From the NCBI GenBank assembly GCA_942492195.1, contig CALOEH010000107.1, positions 4,674 through 68,673 of the forward strand: a DNA stretch of 64,000 bases, in the 5' to 3' direction. The notes under the pieces are model-generated. The model did not search any database. It was not told where the DNA came from and saw only the letters and a list, made by a program, of their open reading frames with translations. This document shows, piece by piece, positions 1 to 9,643 of this stretch; positions within the stretch are counted from its first letter, which is position 1; every line of letters starts with the position of its first letter. The position numbers were made by a program, and so were the translations under genes. Source of the DNA: an uncultured Planctomycetia bacterium. GTDB taxonomy: Bacteria; Planctomycetota; Planctomycetia; Pirellulales; S012-138.

Positions 1-236
1 GTTCTTGTACCAATAGCACAATTCTCCTTCGTCAAGGCGTGAAACAATACGTCTTCCATATTCGACTTCCCAAACCCCCTTGCAAAATCCAAGGCGTGCT
101 GCATCTCATCCGCGAGAACCCCAACACGAATCGGGCCATGCGTTAGGTAAATTGTATTCGAATCCGGATCAAACCAACTTCGTCCATTGATTCTTTTAAC
201 CTTGACGTCCGGAGCGATTTGCCGGAATTCGTCCAT
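1..236 (-). CDS. hypothetical protein, N-terminal part only (continues past left edge)
   Basis: My own minus-strand translation gives an ATG at 236-234, then an open frame to base 1 (MDEFRQIAPDVKVKRINGRSWFDPDSNTIYLTHGPIRVGVLADEMQHALDFARGFGKS...). It is absent from the ORF track because no stop lies in the window. No family recognised. Confidence 0.3.
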   Translation of the reverse strand, partial: MDEFRQIAPDVKVKRINGRSWFDPDSNTIYLTHGPIRVGVLADEMQHALDFARGFGKSNMEDVLFHALTKENCAIGTR

Positions 237-536
237 TGTTGGCGGCTCGGGAGAGGCCTTTGCCGATGACGGTCCCTGCGACGTCCCCAAAGACGTTGGA
301 GGCATTCACCACCAGCGACGTGCCCAGGCTCTTGTCCAGGATCGCTACATCATACGCTGTATCGGTGATCGTTTCATGGGTGTTGCGTACCACGAATCGC
401 CCGATGGCACCCAACATGCTACCAGCCCCGCCCCCTGAAGAACCCGCCGGAGGCCACGTTTCCGACAAAGTGCTTGGCGAAAACCTGGAATGCGTTGAAG
501 TCTTCAAGGTCCTCCTCCGTGCCGAATAAGCGGGCG

Positions 537-564
537 GGTGGCACTCAACGCTGGTAGCGATTTT
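537..564. repeat. left target-site duplication (537-545) plus left IR (546-564) of the IS4-family element
   Basis: Direct sequence comparison with 1999-2026. Confidence 0.85.
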
Positions 565-2017
565 ACAATAACTGCTTGGCGATATGTATCTGTTGCTGGG
601 TGGCGATCTTGATCTTCGGGGCACCGCAGGACTTGTGTCGTTTCTTGCGAGGATAGTCCCGGCTCTTCTTGCTCGAGGTGCGGTTGGTTTCGTCCTGCTT
701 CACGCAGGTATGTAGTTGCAGGGCATGTCCCGACTTGTCCAATGCGGCTAATAGAATTGCTCTGCCAAACATGTCGAGAACGCGAATGGGACTGAGTCTT
801 TCGATCGGTTGCCGCTCTTGCATCAACGCCATTTTTGCTACGAATAGAGACGCCCAGATCCCGAGCAACGTCCAAGTCAGTTCGGTGCGAACGTGGCGGG
901 GTGTACGGCATTGCAGTTTTGCCCGGCGACAGTTGTGCTTCACCGTGCGAAAGAACACTTCGATGCCCCACCGAGAACAATAGATCTCGCGAATTTGTTG
1001 CTCGGTGAGATCGAATTCGTTGGTGAGTAGCCACATCGGGCTGCGTGCGGTTATCACTTGAATCAAACGCAGCATAAGCGGCGGTTGCCCGTTCCGCTGC
1101 ACCTCTCTGGCCAGTGATATACAACGTCTTTTCTGCGCTCGACTCCCAGCTTTTTTAACAGCGTCACGTTCGATCCCACGCGGACCACGAACGATCGGCC
1201 CGAGTTCATGACCGTCGACCAGAACGGATAGCCGACGTATTCTGCATCGCCCACCACTCGGGCATTCGGGGGAAGTTCGTCAAGCATTTCGGCTGCGTTT
1301 TGTCGCTCGCTGCCGGAAGAAGCTGACAACCGCCAAGTAACAGGCAGTCCCGAACCGATATGCCAGAAGACGGTGGCCAGCACTTGGACGGTCATCGCCT
1401 TGGCGGCGTCGGCGGCGTTGCGGTACCGTTTGCCTTTCTTCCTTTTGCCTCGCGATTTACCTTGGGCGGAGAGTACCGCGAACGCGTCCTGATTCGGGGC
1501 GGTGCGAGGTGCGGCAAATTTCGATCCATCGACGGCGTAGGTAGGCCTGCCAGCGGTGGTCCAATGGCCTTTTAGCTGTCGCAATCGCGAACAGATATGC
1601 TTTTTCACCTCGGCGGCGAGTTGTTCTCCGCAGTTTGCGAGGCCGTCGCAGACCCCTTGCCGCGAATGTGCGGTCGGCTGATGGAATAGAGCTTGAACCG
1701 CAGTTGCAGCCTCGCGAACGCGTTGCGTGAGCGTTCGCTGCGTGGAGCAGCCCCAGCACGCGATGGCCGTCGCGGCGAGAACGAACGATGAGATCTTGGC
1801 GTTCCCATGCCGGGGCACCTTGGCACAGTCTGGCAACAGCCAGTCAAATACCTCTTTCAAAGTTTGAAGAGATATGGCAACATCCTTGTTGTCTTGATGC
1901 GACATTCAAGACTCCTTCTTGGAAAAATGCTTAAGGTGGTACAAAAGCATTGAAGGCCGAAAACGCCTTCCGCATCAAGACTATTTTTTTGCACGGAGAA
2001 AATCGCTACCAGCGTTG
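546..2017 (-). mobile_element. IS4-family insertion sequence (1472 bp)
   Basis: Perfect 19-bp terminal inverted repeats: CAACGCTGGTAGCGATTTT (546-564) and AAAATCGCTACCAGCGTTG (1999-2017). They are flanked by identical 9-bp direct repeats GGTGGCACT (537-545 and 2018-2026). The element encloses a DDE transposase reading frame. Confidence 0.85.
563..1905 (-). pseudogene. IS4-family DDE transposase, reading frame broken once near 1095-1110
   Basis: ORFs 1063-1905 and 563-1102 lie in different frames and together make one transposase. Motifs seen: VVGDAEY, LLTNEFD, and an exact Y-x2-R-x3-E-x6-K signature in YCSRWGIEVFFRTVK. The N-terminal frame ends ...VVYHWPERCSG... while the C-terminal frame reads ...EVQRNGQPPLMLRLIQV. 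Confidence 0.85.
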
Positions 2018-2026
2018 GGTGGCACT
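1999..2026. repeat. right IR (1999-2017) plus right target-site duplication (2018-2026) of the IS4-family element
   Basis: Direct sequence comparison with 537-564. Confidence 0.85.
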
Positions 2027-2111
2027 GGCAACTTGTTGCCAGTGTATGGGCCAGATGACGGCTATCTTGGGCCCCCGACTCCCGACGCATTCAACTTGTG
2101 ATTCTAGCTAT

Positions 2112-3941
2112 TTAGAACACAATGGTCTGCGTGGCCATGACTCCTTCGCGGCGGTAGAGTCCGTCATCGCTGAAGGTTTTGATCAGACCTGCTTCAAAGA
2201 ACGAACGCTTTCCGGTACGGTGTTGCCATCGTAATCCAAACCCCAGCACGCTGTTGCCGTCGGGAAATTCTAGAGCGATTTCCGGAATCCAAGCGTCGTC
2301 CTCATGGTGGCGGAACAGTCGGCTCCCAATCGCGCAGCCAACGGTATCACTGAGTGCCAAACCGCGCGAGAGCGTGATCAGTGGATTGACGGCAAACGAC
2401 GTGGTCAACCGGTTGAAATTGCCGCCGCTGATCGAGTTCCAGCCCTCAGTGGCATAGAAGAGGTTGGCATACGTCACGGCATGTTCGATACCAAGCGCTT
2501 TGGGCCAGCCTGCGTCGAAGGCGCGGTTGAAGTTGCTCTCGAGCACAAAAAGTTGCCCATCACGGCGAGGGCTTTCGTCTCCCACTTTGAACAGCGCTCG
2601 CCCCGCCACCGACATCGGACCGATGAACCTGGTTCCGCTGAATGCCAGGTAGTGGGCGCTACCAGCATTGGGCCCGTCGGCAATCAGGTACGAGTAAGTA
2701 GCTTCCAGCAAACTTCGGCGGTACTCGGCCTGCATGTGCAACGCCGCCAGTCCAGCATGGGCGTCCCCTACGTTGTTCACGTCGGTGGGCGCATACACCA
2801 ACTGCACGTTGAGATTGCTCAGCGGCTCGTGCAGGATCGTATTCTTATTGAGGGCTATGGCCAGAATCTCGTCGTTGATCAACAGGTTGTTGTGCAGCGC
2901 GTAGACGAACTTGCCCATGGTCAAACCGACATCCATGGGTGCGATCGGGTCGAAGTATCCGCCCAGCAAACTACCGAACTCCGCTTCGATCCAGTACCGT
3001 TGCGGGACCGCCGTCGAGTTATCCACGTAGCCGCTTGGATGATTGAATTGGTAGTACGAACCGCCTGAGTTGGCCTCGCCAACCGGTCGCATCTGCACAT
3101 GCACGCGTTCGGTGCCGGTCAGTGCCAGGTCCATGTCAATGATTGCCTGATGGCCGATCAGGTCACTGCGTTGGCTGTCTTGTTCGAAAGCGATGCCAAA
3201 CAGCGAGTAGCTACCATACCCAACGAATCTGGGTTCCCATTGAAATCCATAGAGCCCTGGCCAGTGCCACTCGAGTCGAGGATGGATGGGGTCGGCCCCT
3301 AAGAACTCTTGGAAGTAGGTGACAGGCCGCGGCTTTTGGTAGTCCTCAGGCAGTCGCAGCTTCTGCCAATGTCCCGGATCCACACCTTTGGTCGGCCAGC
3401 CGAGCAGGTCCCCTTCGGCGTGGTACAGGTAAGAACCGCCATGGTTCTGCAGTTCCCACTCGAGCGGCGGCAGTTCGATATCGGCTGGGTCTTTGGGCCT
3501 CGGAGCTGGTGGAAGACTCGGGAACGGAGTACCGTTCGGGACCGTTTCGAAGCCTGGCGGAACCGGCAATGACTCGGGAGCCAACTCTGGCAGGCGGTAG
3601 ATTTCCCCTCCTGGCACCGGTGCGGCAGGTGGAGGAGGAACCGACTCCGATGGTTTCAGTGGTTGACCGAACTCGACACGCTTCACGTCAGCGCGCTGGT
3701 GACCCGAGGCGGAACCTCTCGCCGGCAGCGCGGCAGGCCAGTGAACCAGCGGACGTGGCGGATCCATGGGAACCGGCTTGGCTGATTGGGTAGCCACAAC
3801 CCGTCCCGGTGCGGTCTTGGGGTCTTCGGCACGGCTCGCCACGGCAATCAAGGTACCGACCACCCATACCCCCACCCCCCGCAACATCCAAGAGATGCTG
3901 CGCCAGTGCGGTGGCTTGTTGAGTGGTGGAACCGAGGACAT
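2112..3941 (-). CDS. secreted proline-rich protein with a C-terminal beta-barrel-like domain (putative outer-membrane protein)
   Basis: 609-aa ORF. It has a hydrophobic N-terminal segment (VGVWVVGTLIAVASRA), a Pro-rich stretch of about 130 aa, then about 430 aa with aromatic/polar alternation ending ...GVMATQTIVF. A terminal Phe is typical of OM barrels. Confidence 0.6.
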   Translation of the reverse strand: MSSVPPLNKPPHWRSISWMLRGVGVWVVGTLIAVASRAEDPKTAPGRVVATQSAKPVPMDPPRPLVHWPAALPARGSASGHQRADVKRVEFGQPLKPSESVPPPPAAPVPGGEIYRLPELAPESLPVPPGFETVPNGTPFPSLPPAPRPKDPADIELPPLEWELQNHGGSYLYHAEGDLLGWPTKGVDPGHWQKLRLPEDYQKPRPVTYFQEFLGADPIHPRLEWHWPGLYGFQWEPRFVGYGSYSLFGIAFEQDSQRSDLIGHQAIIDMDLALTGTERVHVQMRPVGEANSGGSYYQFNHPSGYVDNSTAVPQRYWIEAEFGSLLGGYFDPIAPMDVGLTMGKFVYALHNNLLINDEILAIALNKNTILHEPLSNLNVQLVYAPTDVNNVGDAHAGLAALHMQAEYRRSLLEATYSYLIADGPNAGSAHYLAFSGTRFIGPMSVAGRALFKVGDESPRRDGQLFVLESNFNRAFDAGWPKALGIEHAVTYANLFYATEGWNSISGGNFNRLTTSFAVNPLITLSRGLALSDTVGCAIGSRLFRHHEDDAWIPEIALEFPDGNSVLGFGLRWQHRTGKRSFFEAGLIKTFSDDGLYRREGVMATQTIVF

Positions 3942-3962
3942 CGCTGGGGGGAAACCTTAGGG

Positions 3963-6064
3963 CTACTGTGCGGGGCTTTTGCCGAGGCGAAACAGTCGGC
4001 GTACATCAATCTTCGCTTCGCGGGTCCGCTCCGTGGCAGTCTCAGCACTGGCGCCGCGAATGCCTCGTGTCTTTGTAGTGGTTCGACCACCGCTCCCCAC
4101 CGCAATCACGCCGGACCGGGTGTCAATCACCACCGTCTCCAGCAAATGCTTCAAGTGCGGGACACCAATCTGGTCGAGCAGCACGGGGGGAAGATGTCGA
4201 AAGTTGAGCGTGGCACACCACGTGTAAGGGCCTGACGCCTGACCCAACGAAACTGGGTAGGTACGTCCCGCGGTTCCCTCCGGCACAAGGCTCCCTTGGC
4301 CACACGAAACTGATCGGGGCGACCCATCAAGAGCGAAGGCCCCGTAGCAGGTCGCAGAATATTGAGCGGGCTCAGATCGCGGTTGACTGAGATCACGACC
4401 GGTCGGTCGGTTCCACGAAATGTTCGCACCACAAACTTGCTTTGAAAGTTCAGCAAATGATGATCCGCTCGGAGCTTGCCCAGTTCGACTTCGTAGCTGT
4501 GTTCGTCGCGAAGATCGCCGTTGGTGTCAAAATCGCCGGTCGCGAACACCACGTTCCCGAATGGATCTCGCACCGTCAACGAAACCCACACTTGCCGCTC
4601 TGCCGTAAAACCGGTGGGAAGATTGTGTCCCGAAAAGATGCTTCGGACATCCACGCGGATCTTGACCTTCTCGCCAGGGTTTGCCACTTGCGGTGCCTGG
4701 ACTTGAATGCGGGCCGAATTGCGCAGCACTTCGTAACGTTTGGCGCTCGCTTCTTCCAGTAACGTGCGGTTGTGGATCCGCAGATCACGAAGCGTCCGTT
4801 GTTGGTAGGGGGTCAATCGCTTGGTGTCTCGGTAGTCCACCTCATACATCCAGTCCAACTTCTCAGGGAACTCGGTGTCCGGTAGCAGTGAGTAGTCCGG
4901 CCCGGCAAATGTATGGTCCGAAAGCGGACGAAGCGGAAACCGGTTGGCCGGCACTCCTGGGACTTCGGCAACTCTGCCCCAAGGGCGGTGGCTCTCTGGA
5001 ATGGGCTTACCTTGCACCGGGCCCATGTGGCAATCTTGGCAGCGAATGTTCTGTTTGGCAGCTGGACTGTTCTGATACTCGCTGAACGCTTCCTCCAGCC
5101 GCACACCCTCGGGATTGGTCACGTCGTGACAGGCACCGCAGAAGGCGGAGTCTTTGATATTCAGCCCCTCTTTGGCAGCATGAGTACCAGGCAGGGTCAC
5201 GGCGTCATCAAACGGCCCATACATACAAGCATCGAGCAGCGCACCCGGTTGGATTGCCTGGCGCGCGTTCGATTTGTAATAAGGGCGCTGCTGGCGGTGG
5301 CAGACCACGCAGGTCACACCTTCCATCGAAAGTCGGGACCGATGAACATTGCGGCGCGAACCATTCTCACCCAAGGCGGTGCCCAGTGGTGTATGGCAGC
5401 GCGTGCAGAACGTGCCAATGGTACCTGACGTCCGTTCGACCAAAGTCAGATTGAAAGCCTCGAACACAGGGCTGTGCTGCGCGTACGCGTGCATGGACTG
5501 CGACCACTCCCGATACTGCTTGGGGTGGCAGGCCCGGCACTCTTTGGCTGAGGGAAAGTCAATTTCCAACAGCGGCCGCACGTTGCACGTCTGAGGTAGC
5601 TTGTACTCCAGCGCGCCGTTCTCAATCCAACGCTTCATCGTTTCGAGCTGGCCAGCCGTGAGCCAATCGATGTCATCCGGCGGCATCATCGGAGAGTTGG
5701 GGTGTGGCGAGTCAAGCTTGGCTTCGACATTCCAGGCCACATAGTCATAGAGCATGGATTTGTCAGGCCGACCTGGTACGACCAGAACGCTTCCATCTCC
5801 GCTCTTGGCGTTGATGACCGCTGCGTAATCACTGAGGTCGCTGCGGTCGCAATCTGGCCGGTGGCAGCCTGCACACTTGGCCGCCAGAAACGCGCGGATG
5901 ATGATCCAGTCTTCGTCATACGGATGCTTGTCCGTGTGCACGACATGCGGCACGGCCCAAGTCCGTTGAGAGATTCCATCGCCGTCACTCAACGAGATGG
6001 CGCAGACAATCAGTCCTGTGAGAAGACCAATGGCTGCGATATGTCGGCGTGATGATTCCTTCAT
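3963..6064 (-). pseudogene. six-haem c-type cytochrome with a PSCyt1-like first haem domain; apparent frameshift near 4290
   Basis: ORF 4151-6064 has CAGCH, CRACH, CTRCH, CVVCH, CGACH and CQDCH motifs plus an N-terminal membrane anchor. Its last 45 aa or so look like out-of-frame translation (RREPRDVPTQFRWVRRQALTRG...). ORF 3963-4286 in another frame continues plausibly (SLVPEGTAGRTYPVSLGQASGPYTWCATLNFRHLPPVLLDQIGVPHL...). Confidence 0.75.
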
Positions 6065-6480
6065 GCACTTCCCCGAGCCGCGAGTGACCGGACGACCGTC
6101 GTCGCCGGTAAACTCAAGTTTTCCGATCCATGGATGCCTGTCTCAAACGCCGCTGCCGGGGGTGCTTTGATCCCCCGAGGCCATTGCTACCAAACGGTTT
6201 TGGTACGTTCCGCAGGCTTTCTGAAGTATCGGAAATTGCAGAACGCTAGCTATGGTAATTCCAGAGGAAGGGGAGAGATGACGGCGAGAACTTTTCGACT
6301 TTTGTCTCGTGGCGGAGAAAAGGCTCAAGCCAACTCGCTCGCTGACCGGAGCGTTCCAAAAACCGCCGCAAAACCCGCCCTGGCGAGGTGTCTTCGATCC
6401 CCTTATTCGTCATCGGTCGCTACTATTGGCAGCGGCGCAGGTGCGCAACCCGGCGGCAACGCGCTCGATCAAAGCGGAAT

Positions 6481-6513
6481 GTAGAACGTTGTCTCAGCGG
6501 TTCAGGAACCAAG
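6481..6513 (+). repeat. degenerate single arm of the palindromic intergenic repeat (family 1)
   Basis: GTAGAACGTTGTCTCAGCGGTTCAGGAACCAAG compared with GTAGAACAGTTGTCTCAACTGTTCACGAACCAAG at 52357-52390. Confidence 0.6.
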
Positions 6514-6666
6514 CTTCGCTGGGATCGATCCTTGACGTGCCGGAACTCCGCGAGTAGAAATAAGTAAAATACGTATTGAATTAGCATGTTTATGCCTTTT
6601 GCAGATCCATGCCCCGCCTAACGCCCCCCCATTCCGATCGCCTGCACGCCTTGGGTAGTCTCAGAA

Positions 6667-7998
6667 ATGCCGTCAACAACGACCGAACGTCGAACGAGAA
6701 TGACGCAAATCAGATCCGAGTTTATGAACGCGGCTTGCGCCTTGGCGTTGATGCTTACGTTCTCAACGACTGCTTTCGCGCAGCTTGAGTTTGAGAAAGA
6801 GCCCATCAACTACGGCACGGCGCCCACCAGCGAAGCGGTGAGTACACTTCAGCAAGCGCTTGACCAGGGTGAACTTCAACTGGAGTTTGACGAGCAGCAT
6901 GGCTATCTCCCCTCTCTGCTCAAACTGCTGGAGATCCCCAGTTCTTCGCAGGTACTGGTGCATTCGAAATCAAGCTTTCAGCTACGGAGAATTTCTCCCC
7001 GTAATCCCAGGGCGTTGTACTTCAATGACACGTCCTACCTAGGCTGGGTGCAAGGGGGGGACGTTGTCGAGATCATGACCACTGATCCCGAGCAAGGGGA
7101 GATCTTTTACACGCTTGCCCAAGAGGAAACGGCCCGTCCGCAGTTTATCCGCGACCGTGGCCAATGCATGCTCTGTCATGCTTCCTCGCGTACTCAGCAG
7201 GTGCCAGGCAGCCTGGTCCGCTCGTTGTTTGTCGACGCCAGTGGTCAACCGCAGGTTGGTGCCGGCACGTTCAACATTGACCATCGCAGTTCGTTCAAAG
7301 ACCGCTGGGGAGGCTGGTACGTCACCGGCAAACATGGAGCCATGCGTCACATGGGCAACGTGGTTTCCAAGATCCGTCGGAACCCTGAAGTGATCGATCG
7401 CGAAGCCGGGGCGAATGTCGAGGATCTTTCGGAGTGGTTTGACGTGTCGCCGTACCTGACGCCTCATAGTGATATCGTGGCGTTGATGGTGCTCGAGCAT
7501 CAAACTCAAATGCAGAACTTTCTCACTCTGGCGAGTTACGAGTGTCGCACCGCGACGCACTACGACGGCGTGATGAACGCAGCCTTGAAGCGGCCCAAGG
7601 ATCATGTCACCGACACCACGCGGCGGCGGATCGCGTCCGCTGGTGACAAAGTCTTACGCTACATGTTGTTCGAAGATGAATTTCGACTGACGGCCCCCGT
7701 CCAAGGCACCTCGGCATTTGCCAAAGAGTTTCAGGCACAAGGTCCGCGAGATGCAAAGGGGCGCTCACTCCGCGACTTCGACCTGCAGACGCGCATGTTC
7801 AAGTATCCTTGCAGCTACTTGATCTATTCTCCTTCGTTCGACCAGCTTCCAAAACCTGTCAAGCAGTACCTGACCGACCGTTTGAAACAGATCCTCACCG
7901 GTGACGATGAGAGCGAAGAGTTCGCCCATCTCTCAACAGTCGACCGGCAAGCAATCTTGGAGATCCTGACGGCAACCAAGCCGGAGCTTTGGAAGTAA
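6667..7998 (+). CDS. secreted mono-haem (CMLCH) cytochrome-like protein, family not recognised
   Basis: 443-aa ORF with a single CXXCH (GQCMLCHASS). The signal peptide MNAACALALMLTFSTTAFAQ suggests the real start is ATG 6724. Confidence 0.65.
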   Translation: MPSTTTERRTRMTQIRSEFMNAACALALMLTFSTTAFAQLEFEKEPINYGTAPTSEAVSTLQQALDQGELQLEFDEQHGYLPSLLKLLEIPSSSQVLVHSKSSFQLRRISPRNPRALYFNDTSYLGWVQGGDVVEIMTTDPEQGEIFYTLAQEETARPQFIRDRGQCMLCHASSRTQQVPGSLVRSLFVDASGQPQVGAGTFNIDHRSSFKDRWGGWYVTGKHGAMRHMGNVVSKIRRNPEVIDREAGANVEDLSEWFDVSPYLTPHSDIVALMVLEHQTQMQNFLTLASYECRTATHYDGVMNAALKRPKDHVTDTTRRRIASAGDKVLRYMLFEDEFRLTAPVQGTSAFAKEFQAQGPRDAKGRSLRDFDLQTRMFKYPCSYLIYSPSFDQLPKPVKQYLTDRLKQILTGDDESEEFAHLSTVDRQAILEILTATKPELWK

Positions 7999-8192
7999 CT
8001 TGCCGTGCACACTGCGAGCACTGCGAATGGCAACAGAGTCGAGTTCGCGCGATTCGACAAGTGCGTCCTGAGCAGTTGCCGCGGACAGATCAGCACGATG
8101 AGAGCTGACGTGATGCCAGTGGGCACAGGGACAGGGCACACGGCACCAGGGGCTGGCAAATGCAAGCCTCGCGGCTACAATTCAGGTAATCG

Positions 8193-8774
8193 TTGATTCT
8201 CCCCCGAACAAGGGCCAGCGACTGGAGCCTTGGCTCGCAGGAATCAGAAAGATTGAGAATTGGCATGAGGGACAAGCTATCCTTTGCAGAACGTCTCTCT
8301 CCAGACACGGTTGTAAAACTTGAAAGAGCCGGACATCATAGATTTCGGACAGCAGAAGTGTTGCGAACCAAGGAACGGCGTTTAGCTGCCCTATACTTCT
8401 ATGGGTACAGCACCGAGATGTGGCTTTCTGCCGCATACTACCGCAGTGCTGGCTTCAGGGCGAATGAATACATCGATCGCGACGCTCGTCACCGCCGGAT
8501 GGTACAAGCCAGGCAATTGCGGTTGATGAATAGCGACCCACATCCACTTGTTGGATGGGCAAAATTCCTGGAATGGCAAAGATCGGCGTCCGAACTCGTC
8601 GACGCTGATGCTCAACGACTGAGGGAAGCTGTTAACAAGGCCGTAGAGATTTACAAGTTCTGGCGTCCTGAACTTCGGTATAAGGTCGTTCAAATTTACG
8701 ACGACCAGCTAACCATTGTACGGCGTGCGGCAACCTGGCTCAGAGATAACCACGCTAAGCTTTCGGAGGACTAG
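8193..8774 (+). CDS. hypothetical alpha-helical protein (likely start ATG 8265)
   Basis: 193-aa ORF; the first ATG is at 8265 (MRDKLSF...). No family recognised. It contains one R-x6-H string (RLMNSDPH). Confidence 0.5.
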   Translation: MILPRTRASDWSLGSQESERLRIGMRDKLSFAERLSPDTVVKLERAGHHRFRTAEVLRTKERRLAALYFYGYSTEMWLSAAYYRSAGFRANEYIDRDARHRRMVQARQLRLMNSDPHPLVGWAKFLEWQRSASELVDADAQRLREAVNKAVEIYKFWRPELRYKVVQIYDDQLTIVRRAATWLRDNHAKLSED

Positions 8775-8792
8775 TTTAGCGAGGTATGACAT

Positions 8793-8912
8793 CGAACCAA
8801 TTTGAGCTTCATTTCAATCTTAACCCGAAGCGTCAGCGAGGAAGCGTGACAGGCGATGTCGCCACGGTTGTCATCAAGACGGAGCGTAATGACTACTTTC
8901 TGCTGACCGCTA
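8793..8912 (+). repeat. family-2 intergenic repeat, copy A
   Basis: ...GAGCTTCATTTCAATCTTAACCCGAAGCGTCAGCGAGGAAGCGTGACAGGCGATGTCGCCACGGTTGTCATCAAGACGGAGCGTAATGACTAC... is near-identical to 52419-52530 and to the reverse complement of 26281-26393. Confidence 0.85.
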
Positions 8913-8949
8913 GAACCTGACTCAGATTGAACGACTTCTCCCCTATAAG

Positions 8950-9474
8950 GTGTCTAATATGCCTGTCATCCGTGGTCACGCTCAAGGTCACAACATCACG
9001 CCCGAAGAGCGTCAGAAGGTGGTCGAGCAACTCACTCGGGAATTGTCTGGAGAAATGACTTCAGCCGGACCTGTAATTTTCGAGGTTCCATTCGAGCAGC
9101 AAGATCGAATTGACGTCATTGTCGTATGGGACGTGTGGGAGCGGTTCGGTCCAACAGATCGAAGCAACATGATTCTTGAAGCCTACAAGGACTCGGGAGT
9201 AAAGATTGCGCAGCCTCTCGGTGTAACGTACAACGAGGCCATCGAACAGCAGGTCCTGCCGTACAGCGTTGTGCCTATGATTCGCGCAGGCGAGTTAGAT
9301 GTTGATCAAGTCAACAACGCCATGGTCGCCGAAGGAGGCTTCGCGCTCGAAAATGGCAACGTTGATTTAAGGTTCCCCTCAATGGAACTGGCAGAGCAAG
9401 CGCACAAGCAACTGACCGATGCCCTCCCTAAAGGCTACTGGTCGATCGTCCAAGCGGTTGGATATGTTCAGTAG
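8950..9474 (+). CDS. hypothetical protein
   Basis: 174-aa ORF with non-repetitive composition; no family recognised. Confidence 0.5.
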   Translation: MSNMPVIRGHAQGHNITPEERQKVVEQLTRELSGEMTSAGPVIFEVPFEQQDRIDVIVVWDVWERFGPTDRSNMILEAYKDSGVKIAQPLGVTYNEAIEQQVLPYSVVPMIRAGELDVDQVNNAMVAEGGFALENGNVDLRFPSMELAEQAHKQLTDALPKGYWSIVQAVGYVQ

Positions 9475-9643
9475 TTTTTGGCACTACGGAACTAGCTCAA
9501 CGCTACTTCCTTATGGCTCCGCCCACCAAACGCCTCCACTTCTATGCGTGGTTCTCGCAATTTCGCATTTGACCGCTGCTGGGGGCCACTTTCAACCACG
9601 CAACGTCTGTGCTGCTGCGACCTCACTGCCGTCAGTCCTCCAT

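Noticed and set aside
150-170. TTCGAATCC string resembling a tRNA T-loop
   Set aside because: The flanking bases cannot form a T-stem or acceptor stem, and it lies inside an open reading frame.
6134-6557. ORFs 6134-6484 and 6309-6557 in the region between the divergent cytochrome genes
   Set aside because: They overlap each other and contain a family-1 repeat copy. Their composition is Arg/Ala/Gly-rich, which is more consistent with a non-coding regulatory region.
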